DNA of 64,000 nucleotides from Candidatus Woesebacteria bacterium (GTDB taxonomy: Bacteria > Patescibacteriota > Saccharimonadia > Saccharimonadales > EFPC-124): the NCBI GenBank assembly GCA_050115675.1, contig JASFQB010000001.1, positions 96,616 through 160,615 of the forward strand. The letters run 5' to 3'. This document shows positions 40,297 through 49,665 of this stretch, piece after piece (the first letter of the stretch is position 1; each line of letters starts with the position of its first letter). The position numbers and the translations under genes were made by a program. The notes under the pieces were generated by a model. It saw only the letters and a program-made list of their open reading frames with translations, was not told the origin of the DNA and did not search any database.

Positions 40297-40438
40297 GTGC
40301 CTCTCCTGTCTGCTGTCAGAAAGAACGAGTAACCTCATAATTATAGCACTTCTAGTGGCTTAGGCTCTAGACATTATATCTATTAGTGATATAATGTCTA
40401 GTTGTCTGTTAGTGCACATACAAGAAAGAGGTATTGAT

Positions 40439-40750
40439 ATGGCTGGCAGGTATGATCTGGGGGCACTCAATGCTCAACCTGCTAATGAAGCAACCCCCGT
40501 CGAGCGGAAGTTCTTGCGTTTGCTCGCCTCGTCTGGCTGGGATGTTCGCAGCGGCCGTGCTTGGGTCTTTACTGACAATAACATGCTCCACGTATTGCTG
40601 AAGATCGCCTCGGGCACGGTGGTTATTGTCCCCTGCCGTGATGCGTTTGTGCCCATTTATCACACGGATCACGACGGCTTCTCTCGAACTCTAGCGGGCC
40701 TTCGGCCCGGGCTTACGCCGCAGGAATTTGAGGAAGTTATCGCTTGGTAA
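40439..40750 (+). CDS. Hypothetical protein
   Basis: GAGG SD, 103-aa ORF. Confidence 0.5.
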   Translation: MAGRYDLGALNAQPANEATPVERKFLRLLASSGWDVRSGRAWVFTDNNMLHVLLKIASGTVVIVPCRDAFVPIYHTDHDGFSRTLAGLRPGLTPQEFEEVIAW

Positions 40751-40914
40751 GGCCTAGGGCGTAGTCACGAATGTGCTACATTTAGGTTGGTTAGTGCAAT
40801 AATTTTTGGCCGTTCTGTGCAAAGTTTTATTTTGCACAGAACGGCCTGTTTTTTATTTAAAAATACAAAAACCACTCAGTTTAAGAGTGGTTTTTGCTTT
40901 CAGAGCGGTCAGCC

Positions 40915-42780
40915 CTATTTTTTAATTGTGTTTTTTATTGCACGTCGGCTGCGGGTCCAAGATGTTAATCCTAATCCAATTGCGCCTGTGCCAAATACTG
41001 TGCCAATCGTGGCTTCTATGCCTGTAGATGGCAATTCTTCTGGGGTTTCTGGTTGCTGCGGAGTTTCGGTGCAGCGTTCGTCTCCAACTGGTATGCCTGG
41101 CTTGCACTCCTCTATAGGAGGCTGCCCAACAGTTAACTTGCCAGCACAATCGTCAGACGTTACGTCTGTAACAATTTTGCCGTCTACAGCAAACGCAATG
41201 CTTACACGAGTGGTGTAATCTCCAGGTGTGGCATAGGTGTGAGTTTGGGTTTCTTGGCCTGCACCCACGGTTAGGCTTTGTCCGTCGCCAAAGCTAAAGG
41301 TGTATTGCTTAACAACCACCTGGCCTTGCGTAGAAGGCAAAACGGTGAACTCGTATGTATCGCGGCTTTTTTTAACGATGTTAAGCGACTTGCAGGTATA
41401 GATGTTATCTACGGGCTGCTCGGTCACCTCAAAGTTAGCCTTACAGCTGTCTGCTGTGACGGTTTTTTCTTGACCGTCAACGTCAACGGTTAAGTAGGCC
41501 TGGACACTGTACTTGCCGGCAGTTTGTTGAACGTAGTTTTGGCTGGTGCTGTTAGAAATCTCTTTGCCATCTGCATCTTTAACAACGTAAGTGTATTTTA
41601 CAAAGTCTGCGTTTTCTATTTTGCTTGTAGCTGTAAACTGGTACTGTGTGCGCGAAATAGTTTTAACAGATAGGGCAGAGCACTCATAAACTGGCTGTAC
41701 GCAAGTTTTGTTTGTGGTTACATTTGCGTCGTCTTCTTTAGAACCGTTGTCGGTTTCTACTGTGGCAACGTTGTGCAGGGTATTTTCGCCGCATTCTGGA
41801 AGGCTGTCGTTGCTGTTGACCTTGGCACTAAATATTACCCAGGCGTTGCCGTTTGGTGCGTAAGAGCCAATGTTTACGCCATCTGTTGTAATGTTGTCAG
41901 ATATTTTGGCGCCATCAGGATTTTGGCTGTTGCTTAACGTGCTGCTGCCAGCAACGTAGGCCATGCCTTCTGGAAGGTTGTCTTTGATGACAACGTTGTC
42001 TTGCTGAACAGCGCCGGTGTTTTTGTAGTAAACAATGTAATCAACGACTTCGCCAGGGGTTGTTTCTAGCGAGTCGACCCACTGATTTTGTCCGTGTTTG
42101 CTAACTTTTTTAAACATTTCAAACTTAGCTTCGGCTTTTACCTTAATTTTAAAGGTTACGGCGCCGGCAGAGTTTAAACAGCCGTTCCAGGTGCCAGATA
42201 GGTCTTTGTCGCCAACCTTTACGCCATCTGTGATTAGGCTGTCTGCCAATGTAGTTTGCTGGAAGTTAGTATGTAGCATTGCGGATCCGCTAACATACTC
42301 AAGTTCAACTTTATTGTCACTTGTAAGTTTGGCGGTGTCGTAAACTTCGCCAGGGTTGGTGTTGCTGGCGTTAACAAAGGCAGCAACAGTGGCGTTGCCG
42401 TCAACAAACTGAGGCAATAGAGCGCGCACGGTTACATCTTTGGCTATGCCAACGCCGCTGTCGTTTAGGGTTTCGGAGGCGTTGTTGTGAATGTAAACCT
42501 GAACCTGATACTCGTGGCCTTCAATAAGCTTGGTTTGAGCACTTAAGGCCTCGCCTGTCGTTAAGTCTTTTATAGTGGTAAACTCACGCTCGTCACCATA
42601 ATTTGGGTTGTTGGTTATAGAGTTAAAAACAGGGTAAGAAGCAGGATGCTCCATGGTAAAGGTGGTGCGGTCTGGGCTCCAGGCCATAACTGCCGCAGGC
42701 ACCAAAATAGCCAAGGCTATAATTGGCAATGCCAAAAAGCGCTTGGGCAGGTAGCTTAATAAGTTTTTATACTTTTTCAT
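40915..42780 (-). CDS. Surface protein with DUF11-like and PKD domains and an LPxTG-type C-terminus
   Basis: Signal peptide; PGEVVDYIVYYKNTG..DNLPEGMAYV; FSFGDG..THTYATPGDY; LPSTG, TM, basic tail. Confidence 0.82.
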   Translation of the reverse strand: MKKYKNLLSYLPKRFLALPIIALAILVPAAVMAWSPDRTTFTMEHPASYPVFNSITNNPNYGDEREFTTIKDLTTGEALSAQTKLIEGHEYQVQVYIHNNASETLNDSGVGIAKDVTVRALLPQFVDGNATVAAFVNASNTNPGEVYDTAKLTSDNKVELEYVSGSAMLHTNFQQTTLADSLITDGVKVGDKDLSGTWNGCLNSAGAVTFKIKVKAEAKFEMFKKVSKHGQNQWVDSLETTPGEVVDYIVYYKNTGAVQQDNVVIKDNLPEGMAYVAGSSTLSNSQNPDGAKISDNITTDGVNIGSYAPNGNAWVIFSAKVNSNDSLPECGENTLHNVATVETDNGSKEDDANVTTNKTCVQPVYECSALSVKTISRTQYQFTATSKIENADFVKYTYVVKDADGKEISNSTSQNYVQQTAGKYSVQAYLTVDVDGQEKTVTADSCKANFEVTEQPVDNIYTCKSLNIVKKSRDTYEFTVLPSTQGQVVVKQYTFSFGDGQSLTVGAGQETQTHTYATPGDYTTRVSIAFAVDGKIVTDVTSDDCAGKLTVGQPPIEECKPGIPVGDERCTETPQQPETPEELPSTGIEATIGTVFGTGAIGLGLTSWTRSRRAIKNTIKK

Positions 42781-42944
42781 GTGTCTCCCTAAACTGTGGT
42801 TAATGTTATTAAAATGTAATTTTGGTATAATTTCAAGTTTTACAAATCGAATTGTTACAAATCGTGTAGTGTTGTTGCCAGGAGGAGCAACCACTTGAGC
42901 TTGTGGCTCGTTGTGGATGCTCCCCCTGGACGGGTGTCAACAGA

Positions 42945-43901
42945 TCAGCATGCGGTGATTCCAGGCGGACAGCCAGCATTTGTCCCAGGGTTAGTGGGGG
43001 CGGGTGCGGCTGTCTCGGGTGGCGGCGTTGAACGCGCCGTCACCTTTGGCGCTGGGGCCGCGGTTGTCTGCGGCACCAGTACGTTTCCGCTGTTCGCCGT
43101 TGGCCGGGTTTCGGCCGTTGGTGCAGCTGGATTATTTATTGGCTTCTCGACACCCGCAGGCTGCGGGGCGGTGGCCTTACCTGGAAGTTCCGGCGGTGAA
43201 GTCGTTCTGCTTTTTGTCGGGGTCTCCGACGGAGTCGCAGATGGCGTCACCCCAGGCGAACCGGACGGTGCGACAGGTGGAAGTAGCGGATTGCCACACA
43301 CTGCCTTGTGGGCAGGTCTGACATCTTCGGTTCCGGGCTCGTGGCCAGGAACAAAGAAGACTACCTCTCCTACGGGAAGAACTTGCGTCTGCCAAGCTTG
43401 CACATCCGCGCTGTCTTGTGGACAGTAGTGGTTGAGTACCAGCATGGTGGCTGGCAGCTCGATGTACATTAGCTGACTAACGTAGTCGCTTACCCGTTGC
43501 ACGGGAGTCAGGTTGTCCCAATCGGGCACCGTCTCGTCAACGAGATAGTAGTCCTTGTGGGCGTTGTAGAATCGGTCAAGTTTTTCAGCTTCAGCCTGGT
43601 GCAAAAGCAGCCATTCTGAAGCCATTTGAGGGCCATTTTCCTCGGCAAACCCCAGGTCATCATTTGCCTTTGGGGTTTCATCGCGCAGCCAGCATTCGCC
43701 GGGTCCTACTTCGCCTTGCGGCTGAGCAGGAATCGTACTGTCTATCACCGTAAAGTCGCCAAGACTGACGAAAGACGGTGATGGGGAAGCATTGGTGGCA
43801 ATGTTGCCGCCGTAACTTCCGCCAAAACTGCCAGACGTCGCCATGGTCAAAAACGTAACCACGGCTAGCGACGCAAGCAGCCATTCGGTGATGCGTCGCA
43901 T
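42945..43901 (-). CDS. Secreted Pro/Thr-rich hypothetical protein
   Basis: Signal-like N-terminus, GGAGG SD, Pro/Thr-rich tail; GC-rich. Confidence 0.6.
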   Translation of the reverse strand: MRRITEWLLASLAVVTFLTMATSGSFGGSYGGNIATNASPSPSFVSLGDFTVIDSTIPAQPQGEVGPGECWLRDETPKANDDLGFAEENGPQMASEWLLLHQAEAEKLDRFYNAHKDYYLVDETVPDWDNLTPVQRVSDYVSQLMYIELPATMLVLNHYCPQDSADVQAWQTQVLPVGEVVFFVPGHEPGTEDVRPAHKAVCGNPLLPPVAPSGSPGVTPSATPSETPTKSRTTSPPELPGKATAPQPAGVEKPINNPAAPTAETRPTANSGNVLVPQTTAAPAPKVTARSTPPPETAAPAPTNPGTNAGCPPGITAC

Positions 43902-43910
43902 GACGCCTCC

Positions 43911-44663
43911 TTACTGGTTGTCGTCGGTGTTGGGCTGTTGTGGCGCGCGCCGGTAGGCCGGACCGGTACGAACTCCCTGACGGGGGTCGGTGCCATCCGG
44001 GTTTGCGGGGCGTCGCGCTTGTGTTGTCCTTGCGGGACGTGCTGGACGATCGGGTCGACGCGTGCGGTGACGCTGCGGCACCTGGTGCTGCGTGTCAGCT
44101 CCGGGCTGGACCTGCGGAAGCGGAGCGGTAGCGCCGTTCCAGTCCTCGTCCTCCCCGCGGTAGTAATCGTCCGAAAAGTCCGTCAGAGGGTTCTGAGGTG
44201 CGTTTGCTTGCGGGTGAGCCTGCTGACGAGCGTGCGGTGCGCGCGTGGCATTGCTGCCGTCGTTCGCATCGTTGTCGTCAGACGAACGCTCCCGCCGCTG
44301 CTGAGCGCGTTCCATGTTGCGCCGCCTGGTGTGCATGCGCGCACGAACCCAGCTGATGCACGGCTTCCTCCCGAAGATCACGAACAAGATTATCATTACC
44401 GTGGCGATCTTGTTGTCGTTGATCCATCCGAACAGCCCCGAGATCAGGCCAAGCAGTCCGTCTCCGAATCCGGGGGCCGTATAACTTCCAGAGATGTTGA
44501 CGTTTTCGAGGCCACTGATCTTGTGAAGCTCGGCCGAGATGGCCGCAGCCTGCGTAACGTCGCTGTTGAGCGATGCCTGGTTGATGTACCAGGAGTAGGC
44601 GAGGTTGAGAACTACGATTGCCAGGGCCATGAGCCCGGCGTTCTTTCTGATGAACTTAAACAC
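43911..44663 (-). CDS. Membrane protein with disordered C-terminus
   Basis: GTG start after GGAGAAAG, two TM helices; GC-rich codons. Confidence 0.55.
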   Translation of the reverse strand: MFKFIRKNAGLMALAIVVLNLAYSWYINQASLNSDVTQAAAISAELHKISGLENVNISGSYTAPGFGDGLLGLISGLFGWINDNKIATVMIILFVIFGRKPCISWVRARMHTRRRNMERAQQRRERSSDDNDANDGSNATRAPHARQQAHPQANAPQNPLTDFSDDYYRGEDEDWNGATAPLPQVQPGADTQHQVPQRHRTRRPDRPARPARTTQARRPANPDGTDPRQGVRTGPAYRRAPQQPNTDDNQ

Positions 44664-44933
44664 GGCTTTCTCCGTTCTTGATCGATGTCTGATCTGTTGT
44701 ACGCTGCCTAGTGCAGCAACACACCTTAAAATGGGGGGAATTTTAAGGCGCGTTGCCACACTAAGTGCGCACGAACTGTAATAATTCGATTTGTTAATGT
44801 ACTCGCTTCTGACCTCCACCTCTGTTGTCCTAAGAAGCGATACTGTTATAAATATAACACTTTTAAGCAAAAAAGTCAATACTTTGTTGTGTAATGTAAA
44901 AGGCGGGGACGTTTGAAGATCCCCGCCTAAGAG

Positions 44934-45269
44934 CTATGCTTTGTTGTCGAGCTTTTGCATTACCCTATGTACCAGGGTGGCAACTTGGTTTTCGATTGCC
45001 TTACTGTGATCAGCCTCGCGCTTGTCGCGATCGGCTTGAGTCTCGGAGGCTCTTTCTTGATAGGTCTTGTCGATCACGCCCGACCTCATGTCGCGCCGTA
45101 CCCTGGTTTCGATGTTTTCTCGGCTAAGCTTACCAAGATTTACGCCGTTGGCAAGGTGACCAACAAGCCAGTTGTTCCAGTAGGTGTCCATGGCCCTAAC
45201 TGCTGGCGTCCAATGTGCCAGCATTAGGGCAACAACAAAAACTGCGCCAACCGCAAAAATACAGGTCAT
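44934..45269 (-). CDS. Hypothetical membrane-anchored protein
   Basis: GGAGG SD; N-terminal TM. Confidence 0.55.
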   Translation of the reverse strand: MTCIFAVGAVFVVALMLAHWTPAVRAMDTYWNNWLVGHLANGVNLGKLSRENIETRVRRDMRSGVIDKTYQERASETQADRDKREADHSKAIENQVATLVHRVMQKLDNKA

Positions 45270-45376
45270 TATTCCTCCAGAGTCTCGTGTAGACTTGCAA
45301 TATAGTAAGGCTTTGGTGATTGCTTGTCAATAGAAGTACTGCCCCGTTTTGTTTGTTAAGCAAAACGGGGCAGAGT

Positions 45377-46297
45377 CTAGCCAAAACTTAGGGCGGCAAC
45401 AGTTGCTCGCCTGTGGTCTGGCCACATATTACCAATGGTAAGTTCGCGCCTTCGAGGTTTGATAAACCTAGCATTGTTCTGTGTGTCTAGCTCGCCAATT
45501 TGGCTCATACTCAGTTTGACAACAGCGGTGTAAACTGTGGTCCAAAAGTTTAGCGTGTGCACTTTACTGGTCGGCCTGATGGCGCGAACGATTTTAAAGC
45601 CTGCCTCGGGCGGAGTAAAAATTCCAGCCTCAAGCATTAGGATTCTGCGTGCTGCCGCATGAATACCTTTAACCGTAACTGGGCGGTTGCTCGCCTTCCA
45701 CTGCGGCATGGTCAGGCCGTAGTCAGCTGGTAAAACATAGCCACCAACAAGTGCCGGAATCGTTCTCCCTTCGGACTGCCTGTCGATGACAAGAAAACTA
45801 TTATCTGGAGTTACAAGCACCACATCTGTAACAACGTTATTGCCAAAATAAAAACCGTAGCCAATGCCCGTAGGCATGCCAATGTCAGGATGACAAAGCA
45901 ATCTTACGACGTTAGGATTAATGGGGCGACCATGCAGATCAAGGGCCAGCCCAGAATCCGAAAACACTCTACTAAGCTGTTCTGGAACCTGCCAATTGTT
46001 CTTGTGGCTGGTGTTATAGTCTAGATCGATGTCCCGGCTGTGCATGAGTCGGCGATTAGGATGTGATGGAACGTCGTAACCCTCTGGAATAAGATAGCGT
46101 CCATTTGATCCGCGAAGCCTTGCGATACTATGTGGACTTCTTACGGTCCAGCGAGCATTCTCTCTTTTGTGTCCAGATGGTTTAACATTATTAGCGATTT
46201 CATCTAGATCTTCATCTGTGTATTCGCGTCCTCCATATCCCTGACCCCAAAGCCTATGGTCTGGAACAATAGCATAGTCTTGCTCTGCAAAGTTCAC
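45377..46297 (-). CDS. NUDT9-like Nudix-fold protein
   Basis: GRPINP..PTGIG..FGNNVVTDVV..LVIDR..ALVGGYV..AARRILMLEAG (degenerate Nudix box). Confidence 0.55.
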   Translation of the reverse strand: MNFAEQDYAIVPDHRLWGQGYGGREYTDEDLDEIANNVKPSGHKRENARWTVRSPHSIARLRGSNGRYLIPEGYDVPSHPNRRLMHSRDIDLDYNTSHKNNWQVPEQLSRVFSDSGLALDLHGRPINPNVVRLLCHPDIGMPTGIGYGFYFGNNVVTDVVLVTPDNSFLVIDRQSEGRTIPALVGGYVLPADYGLTMPQWKASNRPVTVKGIHAAARRILMLEAGIFTPPEAGFKIVRAIRPTSKVHTLNFWTTVYTAVVKLSMSQIGELDTQNNARFIKPRRRELTIGNMWPDHRRATVAALSFG

Positions 46298-46393
46298 AGC
46301 GGTGCTCCAATCCCTAGATGGTGACTACTACTAGTGTAGCAAAAAGCGCACCAGATAAAATAGTGCGCTTAGTGCTAATTGTCATAAATGACG

Positions 46394-47668
46394 TTATTTT
46401 TTAAAGATGGTGTTTTTGATGTCGCGACGAGTTCGTACGTAGTAGCGACCAGCAGCAGCTATGCTGCCTGCGCCCAATGCACCACCTAGAAGCTCGGCTG
46501 GGCCTGTGCTTGGTAGCTCTTCGGGCGTTTCAGGAGTTTCTTCGTCGTCGATGGTGATTGTTGTTTCACAGTTAACGCTTTTAACCTCTTTTGCAATGTT
46601 AAAGTTGGCTGTTGCGACAATGGTGTATGTGCCAGCTTTTGCATATTCGTGCTTGGTTGTTACGGTTGTGCCGTCGTTGGTTGTTAGGTCTTTTGCAGAT
46701 TGACTGTCGCCAAAGCTAAAGTTTGCAGTTTTTAGAACAGCTCCACCGCTAGCAGAAGTTGTGGCAGTAAACTCGTAGTTTGTGCGAGTTATTTTTTTAG
46801 CGGTTAGCGCAGAACATTCGTAAATTGGGGTAGGTGGTTGAGGAACGTCTACTAACTTTGTACATTCAACGCGGGTGTCGCTTTTTTCTGATCCGTTTAC
46901 GTTAAAGTAAACTGTTGCTTTGGCTGTATATTGGCCTGGTGCGTAGGTGTGAGTAACTTCTTGGTCGAAGTTGCTTGTTATGGTTTTGCTTTTGCCGTCA
47001 CCAAAGTCGTAAACGATTTTTGTAACGGTAGCTCCATCTTTTACATAGGGAGTAGCTACATACCTGTAAGTAGAATCGCTAACTTTAGTTTGCTGAAGCA
47101 TTTCACACTTGTAGCCTGGGCTTTTGCCCCAAGATGGGTTACCACAGGCTGTTAAAACAGCAAGCTTCATGCTGTGGTCGTCGCTGTTAAATACAGCGTA
47201 GCCATCAAGAGAGTTAGCAGCAAAGCTTATTTGAGTTTTGCTGTAGTAGTAGGTGTTTCCAGCGATGTTAATAGTGGAACGGTTGGTGCTGCCAGATTGG
47301 CGGCCAAGACTATAGGCGTCGGTGGCAACAATTGTGCCGTCGTCGGTTTTAATCTCTCCGTTTTTGTAAACTGTAACGTGTTGACTTTGGTTGGCGACTT
47401 CGTTGCCAGTTACACCCCAGTTGCCGTAAATGTTTTGCAGGTCGCCGTATGGGTTTTGTTGGAATTTAGACCAAAAATCACCCAAGTTGCTGTAACCACA
47501 TTTAATAACCGCGTTGTTATCGCAGTCTACGGCTGCATTTGTTTTTGCAGGGTTAAATAGGCCAAATGTAATGGCCGCACCGCTTAAAATCACAAAAGCA
47601 CTAGCAACAAGTATTTTGCTGCCGGCTGCATGACGAACATAATTAAAAATAGTCTTAACTTTACGCAT
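46394..47668 (-). CDS. PKD-domain surface protein with an LPxTG-type C-terminus
   Basis: Signal peptide, DCDNNAVIKCG, two PKD (YDFGDG, FSFGD..HEYAKAGTY), LPSTG, TM, basic tail. Confidence 0.82.
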   Translation of the reverse strand: MRKVKTIFNYVRHAAGSKILVASAFVILSGAAITFGLFNPAKTNAAVDCDNNAVIKCGYSNLGDFWSKFQQNPYGDLQNIYGNWGVTGNEVANQSQHVTVYKNGEIKTDDGTIVATDAYSLGRQSGSTNRSTINIAGNTYYYSKTQISFAANSLDGYAVFNSDDHSMKLAVLTACGNPSWGKSPGYKCEMLQQTKVSDSTYRYVATPYVKDGATVTKIVYDFGDGKSKTITSNFDQEVTHTYAPGQYTAKATVYFNVNGSEKSDTRVECTKLVDVPQPPTPIYECSALTAKKITRTNYEFTATTSASGGAVLKTANFSFGDSQSAKDLTTNDGTTVTTKHEYAKAGTYTIVATANFNIAKEVKSVNCETTITIDDEETPETPEELPSTGPAELLGGALGAGSIAAAGRYYVRTRRDIKNTIFKK

Positions 47669-47775
47669 AACACCTCCTAATGTGTCTGTATAGTACACTA
47701 TCACATATGTGCAAAAAAGTCAATTTACTTACGCTTAAAAACTTTGCGTTTTATGGTGTATACTAGAGTTGTTTT

Positions 47776-48177
47776 ATGAAAAAGAATAAAAATTTACCAC
47801 TGTTGATGAACGCATCAATAAAAGCGGGCTTTCCTAACCCGGCCGAAGACAGCGGGGGAGTGGGGCTGGACCTAAATGACTTGCTGGTTAAGCACCCTGT
47901 TAGTACATATTATTTGAGGGTTGAAGGCGATTCTATGACGGGTGTTGGTATAAATACGGGCGACATTGTAGTGGTGGACAAATCACTACAGCCGCGCAGC
48001 GGAGATATTGTAGTGGCAGCTGTAGAGGGCGAATTTACGCTGAAAAGACTTAAAAAACAGGGACAGCAGGCATGGTTGTTAGCAGAGAATCCAAATTATC
48101 AACCAATTGCCTTGCACGAAGCTCAAGATGCTCAAATATGGGGTGTGGTCACTTTTTGGATACACAAGCAAAGATAA
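47776..48177 (+). CDS. umuD: UmuD-like S24 peptidase, Pol V accessory subunit
   Basis: AGFPNPA cleavage site, VEGDSM, EFTLKRL, WGVV. Confidence 0.88.
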   Translation: MKKNKNLPLLMNASIKAGFPNPAEDSGGVGLDLNDLLVKHPVSTYYLRVEGDSMTGVGINTGDIVVVDKSLQPRSGDIVVAAVEGEFTLKRLKKQGQQAWLLAENPNYQPIALHEAQDAQIWGVVTFWIHKQR

Positions 48178-48274
48178 TTTTAAAAAAGAGGCCCGCACAA
48201 AGTGGGCTGAGTCAAGCGGTATTTAGCCACTTGATGCGAGCCTCCTTGTTCGAGCCCCCGACCTTGTCGGATTA

Positions 48275-49363
48275 TTAGGCGGTTGCAAACCGCTTGTTTA
48301 GTACTGCATTGCAGATGCCGTAAAGTATGTGGGTCATGATGATCGCGGGGATCACAATTGCCACGGTGCCCGTCGCCAATCCAAGTGACGCGGCGGTCAG
48401 ACCGTTTTGGTGACCGATGGCCAGGTACAGCCTGTCTTGCTTGGAGTATCCGCTGCCAATGGTGACTAGTGGAACCACAATTGCCTGCGAAATGAATGCC
48501 ATTGCTCCCAGGGCAAGACCCCAGAACATTTGGCTGTCAAGGCCATTGCTGGTGACGTGCTCAAAAAGCAGCCATCCCACAATTGTGCCAGCCGCCAAAA
48601 ACGAGAATCGCGCGGCGGTCTCGAGCTTGGCGTTGATCCAATCGTAGGCCTTAGTCTCTGGGCGAATGCAAAGCCCCATCAGGGCCAGGCCAAACATCCA
48701 GTACCAAGTTGCCCCGGCCAGAATGGCGACGACGAGCAGAATTGCCGTAGAAGCGATTTTTCTGAACATGCTACCACGGTATACCAGTCGCCACATCCAG
48801 ACAGCAACAGCCACTAAGGCAAGGTTGAAGAACAGGTATAGTCCGTAGCCTGTAGCGCTGTCAATCTGTACGCTGTTGATCTGGATTCCCAGGTTAAACT
48901 TAAAGGTTTGTTGCGTGATGACCAGCATGACTGTCAAAAGCACCGTAACTGGGTCGTCCAAAGACGACCAAGCGCGAAGTAGGTTGTCGGCCTTCTTAGA
49001 GATGTGTGACGAACCAACCAACGCTCCAACAGAGAGGGGGTCGATCTGCGCCACAACCAGTCCGAGCACCAAAAACATTGGCTGTCCGCTGGCAAAATAC
49101 AGCGCGATCCCGATGATGAGCGCCTTAACAAAGACGCCAACCGTGACGGCCAGTGCGACGACTCGCCAGTCACTACCCTTTAGCTCGTTTTTGTCGATTC
49201 CAAAGGTGCAGCCAACCAGGCCGGCGCCTAGTAGTAACGCGTAAAACCAGGGGTTACCTTGAAGGTTAATGCTAGAGGAGTTCCCGATTGCGCCAATAAT
49301 TAGCGTTAGTATTACCAGTGTGCGTATGCCCATTTTTTGAACGATGTTAAGCATTGTGTGCAA
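48275..49363 (-). CDS. Cation:proton antiporter-like membrane protein
   Basis: VAQIDPLSV and WSSLDDPVTV CPA-type motifs; many TM helices. Confidence 0.7.
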   Translation of the reverse strand: MHTMLNIVQKMGIRTLVILTLIIGAIGNSSSINLQGNPWFYALLLGAGLVGCTFGIDKNELKGSDWRVVALAVTVGVFVKALIIGIALYFASGQPMFLVLGLVVAQIDPLSVGALVGSSHISKKADNLLRAWSSLDDPVTVLLTVMLVITQQTFKFNLGIQINSVQIDSATGYGLYLFFNLALVAVAVWMWRLVYRGSMFRKIASTAILLVVAILAGATWYWMFGLALMGLCIRPETKAYDWINAKLETAARFSFLAAGTIVGWLLFEHVTSNGLDSQMFWGLALGAMAFISQAIVVPLVTIGSGYSKQDRLYLAIGHQNGLTAASLGLATGTVAIVIPAIIMTHILYGICNAVLNKRFATA

Positions 49364-49665
49364 CCTCTTTCGTGTATGACGAAAAGACTGTTATATAAAA
49401 ACATGAAATTGTAAAAAAGTAAACCCCTTGCTGCAAGATGACAAGGGGCAGGTTGTTCTACTCTGGCGGGATACCTCCGATTGCCATCATAAGCTGTGTA
49501 AATCGGTATACAATGGCATCTTCGCGACTTGTTGGAGTATCGCTTGGCTCGTTGCTTTGCGTGGTTGGCGGGTTTGTGTTTTGGTCGGCTTGATCTTGGT
49601 TGGCCTTGACCTGCTGCGCCATGGTTTTTCCTTTCGCCCGAAAGAACTGTTTTATAATACAACAC

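Noticed and set aside
42895-44681. Long plus-strand ORFs (42895-43428, 43938-44681) and similar shadows such as 54711-55406 and 63318-63986
   Set aside because: Antisense shadows of GC-rich genes, with no motifs or start signals
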